DNA of 62,510 nt, the filler included, from Hausera hauseri (Eukaryota): the NCBI GenBank assembly GCA_046269625.1. It is 12 parts of 12 records of this genome, joined end to end, with 100 filler letters (N's around TTAATTAATTAA, not from the genome) between each part and the next. Parts side by side here need not be neighbours in the genome. Positions count along the whole stretch, not along the records: positions 47,643 to 53,407 come from JBJURY010192305.1; positions 53,508 to 57,488 come from JBJURY010841635.1; positions 57,589 to 62,510 come from JBJURY010390812.1; 9 more parts are not named here. One strand, written 5' to 3'. Each line of letters starts with the position of its first letter. The stretch's first letter is position 1. Below, piece by piece: positions 50,601-62,510 of this stretch. The notes under the pieces are model-generated. The model was given only the letters and a program-made list of their open reading frames with translations. It made no database searches and had not been told where the DNA came from. A program made the translations under genes and the position numbers.

Positions 50601-52130
50601 CCAAATATGGCCACTTTCCCCGGCAAGACCGCATCACTCATCTCAGATATGTCAATTTACCACGCATATCAACAGAAATGTGCTCTTTTCTCGGAACGCT
50701 TCACTTCGTGCACAAGTATGTGCCTCACTGTTCATCATTCACGGCACCGTTTGTCTTAGTCAACTCCGGTAAAAAAGCAGCTTATCCACTAGACTACTGA
50801 CTTAGTCAATTCTTTCTAACACCTCAAAGATAATCTAAAAACCGTAGAAATCCTTGCATACCCTGACCCAAACTCGGAACTTTTCTTAACAGCGGACGCA
50901 GCAGATGCAGTATTTCATAAATTTAAGTACGGATTTCATCAACCTCTTAAATTTTTCTCAAGAAAATTCACAAAAGTTGAACAACGTTATCAATCTTTTG
51001 ATAGGGAACTTCTTGCAATGTTCCTAGCATGAAAGTATTTTAAACATCTGCTAATATGACGCACATTCACCACGCAAACGGGCCATAAGTCCCTAATTCA
51101 TATTCTCACAATGAAATTTCCATCTCCACGTCAGGAGAGACACAAATCGTACCTCTCAACATTTGCGTTTGAAATAAAACATACTTCAGGCGTTCATAAT
51201 ATCGTGGCTGATTTTTTGTCCCGTTCCGTCGACTCGGTCATGTTTGCGCTTATGTTTGACAATGAGTTACTCAGACAGAACCAGCCAGACGAGTCTAATC
51301 TCTCCGCTTTCAAGTTTTGCATAATCATTGATGGCATAGCTTAAGACATCTCTAATCCTGGATCTACCAAAATTATTTTATAACCTTCTTTGCAAAAAGC
51401 AGCCTTCACCAATATTCATTTCTTGCATCATCCAGGATCCAAAGCTACTTTTCGCCTTCTTAAACGCAAAGTTATAAGGCCATCAATAAAAACAGGTGTG
51501 CAGGATTGGGTTAGGGAGTGTGTGGCATGCCAGAAGTTTAAAGTAGCCAAACACCTCTAGCCGCCATTCTACCATTTTCCCTGCTTATCACGTTTCGACA
51601 CCGTCCACATCGATATAGTCGGACCGCTTCCACCTGACAACGGCCATCAATTCATGCTTACAATGATGGATCGTGCTTCTAGATGGCAAGAAGCCATTCC
51701 ACTTCGCTCAACCAACACTGCGACCATTGCAGATGTCCTCATACGCATATGACTCAACAAATTCGGCTCACCTAAGCACATGATCACTGATTAAGGCCTC
51801 CAATTTGAGTCGGATATTTTCAGATCATTACTAAATCGACTGGGAAACAAACATATCCATATAACGCCTTATTATCCTCAGTAAAATGAGCTACTGGAGC
51901 GTTTTCATCGTACGATGAAAATCTCCCTTCAAATATTAGCAGACTCCAATCAACACTGGGTAAACCTTATTTTTTACGTTCTACTTGGATGGCGGAACAT
52001 ACCATCCACAACCACTGACTGCTTTCCATCTGAAACACTTTTTGGCACACCAGTGCATGCATTGTTCGAGTTAACGGAGTGTGACGAAACAACCACTGAC
52101 GAAACAATTCGAGCTGCCCTAAACAACGAT
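47643..52130 (+). mobile_element. Ty3/Gypsy family 1, near full-length degenerate copy (LTR end, gag, PR, RT, RH, IN)
   Basis: PRTWLDFH, FIDTGAARS, SPWASPLH, YINDIL, VADFLSR, HIDIVGPLP, ERFHRTMK. Confidence 0.92.
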
Positions 52131-52419
52131 TTGTTCTGTAGAATTTTAAATTACCTAGGGACCTATCTGCGGTGTGTGACAACCATAAATTCAAAATCAA
52201 TTTCAAAATTGTAAGTTTTTATTTGTATATTGCTGCACTAAAATTATTTTGAAACTTTCAACCACTACAAATAAGAATTAAATGACCAATTTATGTCAAA
52301 AAATGGTAGGTATTTTTGTATTTCTCATTATGGTACCTTAATTTTCTTTGTAGATCTATAACCTGTACAAAATTTGCTTGGCACAGAATCATGCAAACGG
52401 GTAAATCTGCCACAATTCA

Positions 52420-53407
52420 ATGCAGTTCTATTATGGATATAAGTTCAACAAGATCCCGTTTTTCAAATGCCCGGCCCATTTCTTCACTGCCCCAGGCATG
52501 AGCTGGGCAGCAATGCTGAAATATTCAAAAATAAGTCTCCAGATCTTGACGGACTATAAGATGATCCCCGTGCTAGAGCGAGGCATCAGAAGTGGAATCT
52601 GTCAGGCCATTCACCGGCATGGAGAGGCCAATAATAAATACATGGGAGACTATGATGCATTTAAGGAATAATCATATGTAGCATACCTTGATGCAAACAA
52701 TCTCTACGGGCAAGCAATGAGTGCCCCATTTCCCTACGATAATTTTCAATGGGTGAAGCAGCCGGAGGAATTGGATATCAAGTTAACGGATCCCAATGGA
52801 TACTCGGGCTACATCCTTGAGGTGGATGTAGAATACCCTCATACTATCCACAGTAACCATGTGCAGTTGCCGTTTCTGCCGGAGACCAGTATTCCACCAA
52901 ATTGGAAGAAAAAGAAGTTGCTGTGCCACCTCGGAAACCGGAAGAGGTATGTAGCCCATTCCATCAACCTCCAACAGGCTCTGAAGAATGGACTCCAAGT
53001 CACGAAGAACCATCGTGCTCTCGCCTTCAGCCAGTTTAAATGGCTGGAGCCATACATTGCATTCAACACGCAGCTGAGGGCCAATGCCAAAAACGAGTTT
53101 CGAAAAGACCAGTTCAATCTCTATAACAACTCAGTTTTAGGCAAAACGATGGAAAATATCCGGAACCGGATCAACATCGAGTTGGTATGAGATTAGAAGT
53201 GAGCGAAGAATTTAATTCCTAAGCTCCGCTTCAACAGCAGCATCATATATGTATTGGATCTAGTAAGTATACATATGCTGAAGACCTGCTTGGAGTTCAA
53301 CAAGCCCATATAAGTTGACATGACAATACTAGACCTGTCGAAAACATTGAATTATGAATTCCATTAAAACACAATGGTTCCGGCATTCAATGACCTCCAG
53401 CTTATGT
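52420..53407 (+). pseudogene. Protein-primed family B DNA polymerase fragment (Polinton type)
   Basis: TAPGMSWAAMLK, ERGIRSG, ANNKYM, YLDANNLYGQAM, GYILEVDVEYP, NNSVLGKTMEN. Confidence 0.93.
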
Positions 53408-54016
53408 NNNNNNNNNNNNNNNNNNNNNNNNNNNNNNNNNNNNNNNNNNNNTTAATTAATTAANNNNNNNNNNNNNNNNNNNNNNNNNNNNNNNNNNNNN
53501 NNNNNNNATAGTATATTCCACTGTTCTCACGTATTGTTATTGGTGAAAATGTAAATGTGAATTCCGCCAAAGCCACTTCCCAGGTTTCCTGGCGTAAGTC
53601 GAGCGGCTTGTCCAACGCCATGGTAAACCGTTCAGCGGTATTGTTGTTGTTGTTGTTGTCATGTTCTGGTAATCTGTTATTATCAAGTACCAAATAAATG
53701 CTCATCATTCAATCTGCGATGCAAATATCCAACTCGGTGTAGTGTATCCGTGCCACTTGACAAGATATTGTTTCTTCGAACCTTTGCCGCGTGAACGTAG
53801 AATTTCCTGAATACGATACACATCAGGTTTTTCCTGTAGTATTTGCAGTTCCTGTTCGTAAAATTTGCCATGTATTTCGTCATCATTTTCATCCTCTAAA
53901 ACGTACATAACAGATGTTTTTTGTGTTGATTGTTGAAATTCGGAAAACCTCATCGCTCCAATTCTGATTGAAATTCGCAATGAATGGTGTCGTACTCAGA
54001 TTTGAAATATGTACAT

Positions 54017-56256
54017 TCTGGTTCCGTTGGATGATTGAAATCAATTTCGATGATGTTGTCATGAATGCATAAAGCAACAGAATCCGTTTCAACAAACTCC
54101 GCTAAACGTCTATGATTTGGGAATAACTCCATCTTGTTATCCATTGCTTCAAACTCAATTTTGCACTTCAGAAAATATAGTTAAATCCTCAAAGAAAAAA
54201 TTTCGTGACAAAATATCTTATAAGATACTGAAAATGCCAATATGGCATTTTTATTAATTTTCAAATTCGAAAAAGTTCACTCCGAATAAATTTTATTTCT
54301 GCTAAACAAATTATTTACCAAATCATAAATTATATTTGAAGACATAAATTCATTAAGTTTTATCAATAGCCAAATTGACAATTCACAAAAATCTGATGAT
54401 TATCAAAACGTTCATTCATTCGTTAAAAATATCTCGTGCAATTAATTCCTTCATGGTTTCATTAGATCCTGCATATATCGACTGAACTCTAACGTCAGCA
54501 TACGATTTGCAAACGGGATATTCCCACATATATCCCCAACCACCATGCAATTGAACGCAATCGTAACACACTTTGTTTAAAAGATCATTCGCATAAAATT
54601 TAGTCATCGAAGACGTTTGGGAATCTAACTTGCCTTCATTTAACAACTTCAAACAATCATCAATAAACGATCTTGTAACGGAAATGATGTTTTAATTTCA
54701 GCCATTTTATGTTGAATTGTCTGCAAGGTGCTCAGCGTACTTTTAAAGGCCTTCTTCTGTTTAACGTATGCTCGAATTTCTTCAAAAACAAATTTCCCCA
54801 TAGATTGAGACATTGCAGCAACAACGATTCTTCCTCTTGGTAATTCTTGCCTCAAATATACAAATCCCTTGTTTTCTTCAACAAGTAAATGACTTAGATA
54901 ATCTTACGTCTTCGAAAAATAACTCCGACGTATCTTGGGCTTTCAAACCCATCCTTTTCAATTTCTTTCCTTTCATGAATTCTGACATTCCAGCTTCGAC
55001 AATAAACAAGCTGATTCCGTGAGCTGCCGATTTCGCTTCAGTATTAGTGACAGCCACCACATTTGCCAAATCGGCTAGAGCACCGTTGGTAATGAGTACT
55101 TTAATACCGGACAAAATATAATCACTGCCATCTTTCTTTGCTCTAGAACGTACGGCTTGTAAATCGCTGCCAACACTGGGCTCAGTCATTGCTATACAGC
55201 CAATATAATCACCGCTAGTTAATCGAGACATATATATTTTTTTTGCTCTTTGGTTGCATACTTGCTCAAATACGGCATGACTATATGAGAATGAAGTGGA
55301 AATCCTGGACCTAAACAATTTGAATAGGCTAATGAAATTGACACAAAATAGAATCAGTCAAAGCGATCAAATACTGAAACATGAAATAAATTAAATATTG
55401 TAAAAGGTAATTGATGAATGGGATAAAACGCGAAGGGACAACATTTTCTTGATTTGCAAGTAATTGGTCAAATTTTTGAGACAAATTTAGAGAAAATATT
55501 TCTTTGACAACTTCCGTAAGATAGTGTTGACTAAGTGAAATTCAATGATGGTTGGACTTAACTTTTTTGTCTTCAAGTGACCATTCGAATTTTCTACAAT
55601 GTTTGAACTTGTGACTAAAATCTTGTTAGCATAATCTTTAAAGCCAAACAAAGACTGTTGGATTGTAAAACATTCGAAAAATTAAGTCAAACACAACCTA
55701 ACTATCATATAGGTCAGTATTCGGTCCGTAATGCTTCATTATTCTGTGAGGCGAATATTTCTTTGGATGGAGTTAAGCTGCAACTTGTATAGGGAAAAAG
55801 CACTCTTTGTCAATTAATCATTTTTTATGGAAATAATTCGAAATCGAAAACAGTTTGTCGTGGATTAATGTCGTGTATCAATTCATGTTGATGTTTCATC
55901 ACGATGATTATGAAAATAATTCTATCGACGAACGGTTTGATTCTAGTTGGGTCCGGAAGATGGCGTATTTAGAACTGAAAAATTGTTAACATTGGTATTT
56001 TGTTTGGTTCGTGCATATGAGCATTTATTATGTCGCAATATCGGAGAGAGCGCGAAGAGGCAATTCTTGACTGGCTGGTCGTCACGTGGACGTGATCGAT
56101 GATGGATGGCAGTCTGGAAACATCTTTTCGATTTTGAATTTTGGGAGCAAAAAGTTAGGAAATCGGACCGAACTATGCATCCGAGGCGGCGGCAATGGAA
56201 GCCCGGCTGAGCTCGACCAAATAAGCCAAAGGGCACAGGCCGCTATGGGCACCACA
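54017..56256 (+). mobile_element. 2,240-bp solo-LTR-like insertion with 5-bp TSD TACAT
   Basis: TACAT at 54012-54016 and 56257-56261; ends TCTGG...CCACA; excision restores integrase KIGDYVHIS. Confidence 0.85.
54416..55310 (-). pseudogene. ACADL: Long-chain acyl-CoA dehydrogenase, 3' two-thirds, frameshifted
   Basis: PGFPLHSHIVMPY, IAMTEPSVGSDLQ, GLKAQDTSELFFEDVRL, QLHGGWGYMWEYP; three frameshifts; ELPQER changed to ELPRGR. Confidence 0.88.
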
Positions 56257-57840
56257 TACATAATCACCGATTTTATGCTTGGGACGTTTAGTCGGTCGTC
56301 ATCGTCGTTGTGTTCGGTTTTGGTAAAGCCACATGTCCAAATCATCGATTATATCCACTGGCCATAACCCATTGATGCCACGATGTGTCGAATGATTGTA
56401 TGCGTGAATAATATCCGTCAGTACATCTACCCAGCGTTTGTTGCATTGCTTCATAAAGAATTTGTTTAGGCGACTGCGAATTGTCCAATTAAATCTTTCA
56501 ACGGGTGCAACATTGTATTGGCAAAATACTGAGTAGTGGTTTACGCCGAACCGTTTCAATACCGCTGCAACGTGAGTGTTGTAGAATTCCTTAACCAAAT
56601 CCGTTTGTAAATGCTTCGGTGGCTGTTATTGTTGTTGTATCGGTGTCTGAACAGCGTCGGCAATCTCTTTACCGGATTTAGATTTCACAGCAATTGCGCG
56701 TGCAAAACGACTAAACTCATTAATACATGTCAGCACGTACCGATACCCATCGTTGATGCTAGAGTACGGAATCATTTCCATTAGATTTTGCCATACGTTA
56801 TTTACACTGAAAGCACGGTATGCACGAGTTGAAAATAGCCTTCTTATCGGTTTGTTTAGGTTGTATGCTAACTGTTTCCCCAGCCAACGTTGGGTTTTTC
56901 GCCGACTCTGTTTGACATTCTGTGCCAATTTATCGACGCTAGTATACTCGACGGGATGACGCGGATCGAACCACAAGTCGCCCATCGTTGTTGTCGATAG
57001 TGTCGGTTTTGCTTGCATTACAACAATTAAAACAAAAAGTAAATGAAAGATTCGGTAAAGTGGGACAAAAATATGAAAACCATGCACCCATATCGCAAAT
57101 CACCATATACTTACAGTCATTGTTTATACTGCGTTGCTGCAGTACCTATGAGACCACCCAGTAATGACGTGATAAGCAGTAGAATTGCACTAACGAATCC
57201 TCCGTCTTGCTGAAACATGACCTCTCATTTCAATCCTTTACTACAAATGTTGGCAAGACCAATGAGTCGTTTTCGATACTTTAGTAAATTCCGCTTCCCA
57301 CTACCAACGTCAACGTGACCCACAACGATATTGTATAAAATTTCCTTCAAATAGTCTACTACAAACTGTGGGAATGATCACAGCATGTTTCACTTATGTC
57401 TGGTAGGTGCCTTGAGCAAAGCAATAAAGTACGGCTGACTAAGTTTGAATTGCATTTTCTGGACGCATTGATACTGATGAGACGTAGTNNNNNNNNNNNN
57501 NNNNNNNNNNNNNNNNNNNNNNNNNNNNNNNNTTAATTAATTAANNNNNNNNNNNNNNNNNNNNNNNNNNNNNNNNNNNNNNNNNNNNATTCATTTATAG
57601 CTACAAATTTGGATATAATTTCCACTGCAACTATGGATAAACAAAGTTTATCGATGGTTCCGAAATCAAACATGAAATAATGTGTCATTGAATGACAATA
57701 TATGATAGTTTGTATAAAGCGAATTTCGTGAATAGACTTTGCAAATAGTATAAGTAGAAAGTTGAATCCAGAAAAAAGAAATGACTATATTTAACAACAA
57801 CAAGAACATGAAACAATGTCAAATAAACAAAGGAATGCAT

Positions 57841-60800
57841 CTACTGCCATGCACGGTAAAGTGCGCGACGTGCAGCTAATTTCTGTGTAATGAAAGCACC
57901 GAAAATCATGCCGATCGTCACAGTTGCAATGAACAAATAATCAAAATCTTCTTTCAACACATCATACATTTTACTAGGTGCCACCTGAGTAAAGAACAAA
58001 TCCAGCCCATTGATAAACACCAAACTCGTTGACTCGAGTCCCGATGGACCAGAGAAAATGTGTCGAGTTCGTGCAATTGTGTGATTATAATTGATAAGAT
58101 TAAATGGCTTTATGATAATTTCCGGCATGTATGGTTCAACTCCTTCTTCACTGGAAATAATAAGTCATAGAAAATGGAGTTACATCATCGATAATCAATT
58201 ACAGTAATTCCTGTGTCATACTCAATGATCGCCGAGGGTCTAATTGGGCCTTGGGTAATTCGAGGATACTGCCTGATTCAAGTGCAACTGAATAACAAGG
58301 AAATGGCCAATAGACGACAGATCGACGATGAATAACTTACGTAACAGACTCTTAGATGTGATCCCCTTTTCTGTAATAGACACAGCCGCCCGTCTGATAA
58401 ATGTGCCCATGATGTAGCCTTGTTTGAGTACGACAGGATTCGACAAAATATTCTCCTCAGCCGACATTATTCGACTGCGTTGTCTCGATGAAAATTTCTT
58501 CGTTGTCGCCCGTTCACCACCAATGATTGATATGATGTCAAACCCTCCACCGACGTCATGTCGATTGACATTCATGGACCGACGTAATTGGCCAATGTCG
58601 ACATCTTTGATTTCTGTTATAATGGAGTCGGGAATTTCGTATGGTTCGTACAATTCCATTACGGCTATTTCCGTTCGGTGGGATCGGAGATTTTGGAATG
58701 AGTACTGAATAGGTGAAATTGTATTGCGTACTAAGGACTATTCAAATGTACCACTATCCAATTTTCAGATTGGACTAAATTGAGGGGACCAGATGCTTTT
58801 TTGTGAACTGTGCTGTATACGATTTTCCCTGTAACGACATCAATGAGATAGAGTGTTACGGCTGTTGCGTCAGTTTGATGGGAACCATCATTGGATTGAC
58901 TGTTACTGTTGATTATTGATTCTGTCATCAGTGCAAGGAGATTTGGATTGAGATATTTGTATAGCACATTTCGATCGGATAGTACTTTACCAACGGAATG
59001 AACTTGTTCTGTAAAATATCAAATATGATTGTTTTCGAACAAACGATTTGTGAGTATTCACGGATAAGACTCAGATTGGCATACGTTGTTGTCGTTGGTT
59101 GTGAATTTTGGTGAACGTTTTGTCGATAGATACATGGAAACTCGATAGCTGTGTTCAATTTAATGAATGATTTTTGTAATTATTTAATGAACACTTTTGT
59201 CTCATTCAATGCATAACGCGAATATTGTGTTTATTGATTTGTTAAATTAAAACTCGAATAAAAGATTTGGAGGTGGTTCTCCCCACGGAATAATCCCGTA
59301 TTCGAGTTCTCATAAAAATATCGTTGTTTTCTTTGTTTATTTATCGGTTTAAAAAAGACAACACCGAGTTGTATTTAGAAACACTACAATACAGCCCCCC
59401 CATCGACACCCACGTATCACAATCTACAAAATATAAAACCTACCAATCGGTGATTTGAACGCAATTGCCGATATTCTTTGAGCCATGACACTGAAATCCA
59501 ATTTCCATATTTCATGAGCCACATAACAGTCATGATCCTGACTGGTCGGTGATGCACACTCCTCGGTTAGATGTCGTCGAATTTCGTAACCGAATACGAC
59601 ACTGGTGACGTCATCAACACGATAGATAAATATGGGATGAGTTTCCAATGATAATTTGAATGTGAAAGGGAAAATATGAACCTGATGAAGATGAGACACA
59701 ATAAAATAATCAATAATCAACAGACAATATGTATGTGGTAGGAATGTTGCATGACACACACACTCACACACGCATACACACAAACAACAACGACAACATG
59801 CAGCTTACTTTGAGGGCACTTCCATACTAATGAAAATTATGTCAATGAAATACCGTTATCAATGAAATTATCGATACAAACGTACCTTGAGATTCCTGTC
59901 CAACATCAATACCGGTTTACTGTACGCGTTATCCTCACTGACTGGCAAAGGTAACAAAGTAGCTTGGTAAATGTTGTACGGCAATTTGATAACAGATTGT
60001 TGCGGTGTCCCCGTAATGGGGTTAAATGTGAACAAGATGGGCTTTCCCGTTATCTAAATCAATGGACGAGTGACGTGTGACAATACAGTCGATACGTACT
60101 GCATCCAGCATCAATAATGCTGCTTCGGGAGGATGGGGGAAATGAGCAGTCGTACGCAGGATAAACAATTGCACCTTCTTGCCCTTGAATGGTTTGGCGT
60201 TGTCGATTAGATGACGCCAAATTATTCGACCAGATGATGATTCCATTCCGAATACCTTTCCGGCAGTCGTTGCCAACACGAGCATTTTATGAACGTTAAA
60301 ACTATCCCGTCGGAGAGACGTAGCTAAATTCATCTGGGGATCGGCAAATGATTCATTACCCGGTGTGTCAGTCATTGAGGACTGATCCTCACCGTCACCA
60401 GCACAGCCCCATTCATCCTTTCGTTGGCAATAAGCCTTGTCTTGACTACTGTATCGTGGTGTACGAGACTGTCTAATTTGCTCCTGGATGAAATACTACA
60501 ACACGATGTGACATTCATGAATTTGCATTACTTTTAATTGTGATAATTGCGTGCTGATTCGTTTGAAAAATTTCTGTGCAATGTTGTCTTTGTTGTGACC
60601 GAATTCCTCGTCCATTTTCGCCTCGGTATCCGATACTGGTAAATCTAACATGTCTACTGTGACAACATCGGCCAAAGATTCCTCTCTCATCCACAGTACA
60701 TTGCCTGTTGAGAAAATTTAACAAATTAATTAATTAATTAATTAATTAAATTAATTAAAAATTCCAATCCAACCGTTATGATTCAAAAAATGAAGCGCAT

Positions 60801-62146
60801 GATCACTGGTCATCATAAACAGCCTATACGCAATTCCACTGTCCTTTTTACGGAACAGAACCGGTTCTATTTTCACAGGACGACCATGATGGGCGGCCAA
60901 TGTAAAATCATTGGATAACGATTTTATTTCTCTGCCGTCCTTTAAATCTGCGAATCGAACGCGTACATTACGCAATTTCTGAGAAGGAACAAATTCAACA
61001 GTGGCAAGAAACAGTTGACCATCCTGATCAGCGATGGAAGGCAGATAAACATTTCCAATGGAAAATTGGAGAGAAACAGACAGCAGTCCGTGATCGGTGA
61101 TTGTAACATCGTAGACCGCTACTGAATAGCTGCTATCTGCATCGCTGCCCAGTGGATATCCAATAAGGAATTTATCGGCTGCCACGATGTTGACGTACGC
61201 CGCATTCTGTCGACTGAAATCTGCCGGTAACATGATATGGGTCGATAGGAATTTCGGATTCGCGTGGTTCGTGTTCATGACGCGCACCTGTGCTTCGGAA
61301 ACGTCCAGACAGACGAACATTTGATGAGCCGACGAACTATCACACATTACGGCATTTGACAATGACCCTGAACTGGAATCTGCGACATTGATAACGCCGC
61401 CAGAATTACTGAATAATTTAAACGAGAATTTCTTGCCCGACTCAACAATCAACATCACAGAATCGGATGACTTTCTTATTATCAAATGGAATCGACTGAT
61501 TTCTGATGGTTTGACGGATCTGTTAAAATACACAATCAATTACTCCATTAATTAATTTCTTACAAATCTGAATTCCATTTATCGGCGCCGGTTTTCAATC
61601 CAAATGCCGACAATTGACTGTCATACGCAACGTAAATCGTGTCAGAATCTTCATCACACCTCATCAACGTTTTGTTAACTCTCGATTCCGTCAATTGTTT
61701 CTCCCATAACAACGTACCAACGACAGTATCCCACACACGCAACAACGGCGCATCTTCCAACATAGTCAATGTCGTCAAATCTACAAAATCCCCAAAATAA
61801 TAGAATAAAATTCCAAGTCAAGCCGTACGATTTTTGCAATAATCGACGGATAAGACCTTTTCATCTTCCTTCAAATGTTGTCGCCATTCTATTAAAATCC
61901 CCAAAATAAATCAACAAAACAATTTGCCAAACCGATATTGCCAGAAACGAGATTTATCGCAGCATAAACGTTACTGTCGGTCGTAACGATAATTCGGCGG
62001 CTCGGTGCATTGTGTTTCTCGATGTAATACTTGTCAACAACACCGAGATATTGCTGGTACCAATCAAATTTACCGACTTGATCTTCGTAAAGACCATTGC
62101 AAAATTGTAAAATTAATAAAGGAAAGAATAAAATTGAAATATGCAT
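57841..62146 (-). CDS. EMC1: ER membrane protein complex subunit 1, multi-exon with mostly short GT-AG introns
   Basis: Signal peptide + LYEDQVGKFDW; REESLADV; RDSFNVHKMLV; YKYLNPNL; SENWIV; SGLESTSLV..GLDLFFTQVAPSKMYDVLKEDFDY + TM + LYRAWQ stop. Confidence 0.95.
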
Positions 62147-62510
62147 AAAAAATCCAGTTTTTATGAAATGATTCTGTAAAATTCGTTGACTTTTTCTTGT
62201 AAATATTAAAACAAAGCCATAAAAATATTTCACAGTTTAATTTTGGCAAATTGTTTACTTGTCTTATATCTTCATACAAAGGCATTTTTGTTCTGTTAAT
62301 ACATATTGGTCTGTCGCTTCTTATATATCAATAAAAACTTACTTTTATGCGATAAATAAAATAATCTTTTTAAAGGGCTACAAAGTGTTCAACCAAAGCT
62401 TTTAAATTTCGAATAGAATTTGACGGAATTTAAAATATTAAACTATTTCATCCTCTCATTAATCGCGGTTTTAATATGTATGATGGTTGAGATATGCACT
62501 ATGTAACTTT

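Larger units (their letters stand above)
53508..57488 (-). mobile_element. Polinton copy D (small protein, integrase split into 56257-56990 and 53705-54016, start of penton-1)
   Basis: Homologous to 32110-33790; MSIYLVLDN..WEVALAEF. Confidence 0.9.
4018..57588. other. Eleven artificial contig-joining spacers (N-run/TTAATTAATTAA/N-run, 100 bp) at about 4018, 9720, 16145, 21206, 25512, 29865, 36826, 41935, 47543, 53408, 57489; also 10-N scaffold gaps at 453, 2693, 24620, 42651, 48579
   Basis: Identical spacer design with stops in all six frames; sequence content changes abruptly across the spacers. Confidence 0.97.

Noticed and set aside
52420-54016. PolB adjacent to Polinton copy D as one element
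   Set aside because: Separated by an artificial contig spacer
60722-60760. Natural (TTAA)n run resembling the spacer
   Set aside because: No flanking Ns; low-complexity sequence within an EMC1 intron
61785-61911. AAAATCCCCAAAATAA shared by two consecutive EMC1 introns
   Set aside because: Short and AT-rich; may be local duplication or a splice motif but is not interpretable here
1-62510. CRISPR arrays, rRNA, tRNA or prokaryotic operons
   Set aside because: None seen; the regularly recurring TTAATTAATTAA units are assembly spacers, and content is eukaryotic

Overview
AT-rich eukaryotic (probably invertebrate animal) draft-genome DNA. It is 12 short contigs (about 4-7 kb) joined by artificial 100-bp spacers (N-run + TTAATTAATTAA + N-run), so adjacency across spacers is meaningless. 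Most of the window is decayed mobile DNA. (i) Four partial copies of one Polinton/Maverick (adintovirus-like) family together give the order [TBP-like, minus strand] <-> packaging ATPase, small basic/amphipathic proteins, rve integrase-chromodomain, two tandem pentons, small lytic protein, major capsid protein, adenain protease. A separate protein-primed PolB fragment lies elsewhere. (ii) At least three Ty3/Gypsy families, one with a chuvirus-G-like fusion glycoprotein directly upstream of its protease. (iii) Mariner, piggyBac and probable Chapaev/Transib-like transposase relics. Host genes: an apparently intact multi-exon EMC1, a degraded NUP210 5' fragment, a BEN-domain gene and an ACADL pseudogene. 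The ACADL pseudogene sits inside a 2,240-bp T(C)TGG...CCACA element with an exact 5-bp target-site duplication that splits a Polinton integrase. The same GC-rich LTR-type terminus recurs at four loci, suggesting a Gypsy family whose LTR carries captured host DNA. All family calls rest on motif recognition by eye; no database search was run.
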